Shown: positions 62,428-64,000 of the stretch, one piece after another
How the letters are laid out: each line of letters opens with the position of its first letter
Position numbering within the stretch: the stretch's first letter is position 1
From: an uncultured Candidatus Saccharibacteria bacterium
GTDB taxonomy: Bacteria; Patescibacteriota; Minisyncoccia; Phycocordibacterales; JACNGX01
Length of the DNA: 64,000 nucleotides
NCBI GenBank assembly: GCA_964621395.1
Contig: CAZULS010000001.1
Location: 615 to 64,614 of the forward strand
Direction of reading: 5' to 3'
Notes under the pieces: generated by a model
Told to the model about the DNA's origin: nothing
Database searches by the model: none
What the model saw: the letters and a program-made list of their open reading frames with translations, nothing else
Translations under genes and position numbers: made by a program

Positions 62428-64000
62428 TTACGCACTTCCCGGCCCCGCCGCAGCTGCTTTCTTCGCCTTGTGTTCATCGTAGTATCCGACAATCGTACGG
62501 ACCAAAATCACGAGAATAAGAAGAAGAATCGCGAGGAAGAGCCATCCGACAAATGTTGTCGGGAAAAATCCTCCGCTTCCGAGGAAAAGTCCTGCGGCTG
62601 CGCGATCATAACGGCTATCCGAAAGGACATCATCCGTTACTCGAATGTAGACGCTATTGGAACTTTCAGCATGCTCCTCGCTCTCAACACGAGCGATATT
62701 TTCAATCGTCATGCCGGTGCGGGCATCATCCGTTACAATCATGTCAAGCGTTACCCTTTCCGTCTCTCCCGGGCGAAGATCGCCGATAAACCAAACCACT
62801 TCACGCTGCGGATCATCATGAGCAAGCTGGTCTTCAGCATTGGCGAATTCAAGATAGAACGGTACAAGATCGCTAATCTCCGTTTCCGAGAGCGTGTAAT
62901 CACCGGTGTTCTCCACATCAATTGTGTAGCGAACAGTGTGTCCTCGCTCACCCAAGATATCAGTGTCCGTACCATTTTCAGCATCAAGGTTCTCCACGGT
63001 CTTTATGATGCGCACATCGTATTCCTTCGGCTCAGGTTTCGGCTCGGGAGTCGGTCCTAGAGGCGCACCAAGCGTGGTAAACGATACGATATTACCGCGA
63101 TCAATGCCGTACGTATTCTGCACAACAAGTCGGTAGTAGTAGGTTGTATTGTATGCAAGAGAGAACTGTGAATGCTCTACAAGCGCTGAAGGACCGCTTC
63201 CAATCGACTGACTTGCCGAAGTACGTCCGAGCGACGGACTCGTTCCCCATTCAAACCATGCAACACTGCGTGCCGCAGACGGCATACTTGCCGTTCCCAC
63301 AAAACGCGCCGAGGTGCGTCCGATATTGAATGCCGCATTGGTAATGGCGTCAGGCGCACGACCGTCGGTGTATCCACCGTTGCCCGTGTCAAAGTTTTTC
63401 ATTGAGCCATACGTGGTACCGTCATCATTTTCAGCAACACAACGGTAGTAGTAAATGGTACGCGAATCAAGATTGGTAATAATCTTGTCGATATTCTCAC
63501 TGCGGTCATCGCCGTCAACGAATCGATGATACGTGTCCTCACGCATGGATGTCGTCTCACCGTATTCAAACCACACCTCCGTATCGGTACCATTGGGCTC
63601 CACCTCACAGCGGAGGCGCGCCGAATCGCTCGTTATGTCGGTTGCGGTAAGCGTCGTCACATCGGGACGATCGCCGTCATTGTCGTCATCGGTGTAAAAG
63701 GTTTTCGTATCACCATAGGTGCGACCTTCATCGTTCTCGGCAACACAACGGAAGTAATACTTCTCGTCTTCGTCGAGTCCGTAAATGGTGCGGCTGACAC
63801 GTTCTTCATCATCACCGTCACCGACAGAACGCTTGGATGTGTCTTCATCCATGCCGGAATCCTCACCGTATTCGAACCACACATCAGTGTCGTCATTGTT
63901 GGGATTCACATCACAACGAAGCGTTGCGGAGTCTTCATCGATATTGATTGCCGAGAGCGTGTCTACGTCGGGACGATCAGCGTTGTCATCACATCCGCCG
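62428..64000 (-). CDS. Large cell-surface protein with tandem ~90-aa WFEYGE...YYFRCVAENDxGTTYG repeats and a C-terminal TM anchor; N-terminus beyond the window
   Basis: Frame stays open to nt 64000 (..GGCDDNADRPDVDTLSAINIDEDSATLRCDV...). At least four repeat units. C-terminal TM FVGWLFLAILLLILVILV plus a basic tail. Confidence 0.7.
   Translation of the reverse strand, partial: GGCDDNADRPDVDTLSAINIDEDSATLRCDVNPNNDDTDVWFEYGEDSGMDEDTSKRSVGDGDDEERVSRTIYGLDEDEKYYFRCVAENDEGRTYGDTKTFYTDDDNDGDRPDVTTLTATDITSDSARLRCEVEPNGTDTEVWFEYGETTSMREDTYHRFVDGDDRSENIDKIITNLDSRTIYYYRCVAENDDGTTYGSMKNFDTGNGGYTDGRAPDAITNAAFNIGRTSARFVGTASMPSAARSVAWFEWGTSPSLGRTSASQSIGSGPSALVEHSQFSLAYNTTYYYRLVVQNTYGIDRGNIVSFTTLGAPLGPTPEPKPEPKEYDVRIIKTVENLDAENGTDTDILGERGHTVRYTIDVENTGDYTLSETEISDLVPFYLEFANAEDQLAHDDPQREVVWFIGDLRPGETERVTLDMIVTDDARTGMTIENIARVESEEHAESSNSVYIRVTDDVLSDSRYDRAAAGLFLGSGGFFPTTFVGWLFLAILLLILVILVRTIVGYYDEHKAKKAAAAGPGSA

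Overview
This 64-kb window comes from a compact bacterial genome with a standard genetic code and mid-range GC. It is about 60% minus-strand housekeeping genes: glyQS (partial), ileS, argS, tmk, rplK-nusG-secE, recO, uppP, uppS, rplS, rpsT, ruvX, ruvA, murE, holA, polA, tsaE. It also holds type IV pilus genes (pilM/pilN/pilO-like plus a separate prepilin), a DUF5652-like membrane protein, an LTD-domain protein and a four-helix-bundle protein. That mix suggests a small-genome, possibly Patescibacteria-like lineage, but this is inference. I can support eight tRNA genes (His-GUG, Leu-GAG, Leu-CAG, Val-UAC, Arg-UCU, Ser-UGA, Arg-GCG, Lys-UUU). I found no rRNA and no CRISPR array.

Accessory content:
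- a C-protein-controlled type II restriction-modification system in an islet flanked by convergent tRNA-Val and tRNA-Arg;
- a second small islet between tRNA-Ser and tRNA-Arg(GCG);
- two RelE/ParE-type toxin-antitoxin pairs;
- a Pif1-like helicase;
- an AT-rich gene with an R-x4-H (HEPN-like) motif just after tRNA-Lys;
- a five-gene cluster of secreted, Cys-rich proteins carrying acidic C-x-DGxDNDxDG-...-C motifs.

The most unusual signals are:
1. IleRS carries a complete histidine-phosphatase (PGAM-type RHG) domain inserted in frame.
2. The intergenic regions are densely packed with repeat families: ~26-nt TGTCATYC...GRATGACA stem-loops with compensatory stem changes, ~130-nt MITE-like composites built on them, long perfect aaggtttaacctt palindromes, a ~100-nt structured repeat, and a ~75-nt module showing stem covariation.
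3. Four tRNA genes are followed by inverted duplicates of their own 3' ends, interrupted by a conserved hairpin.
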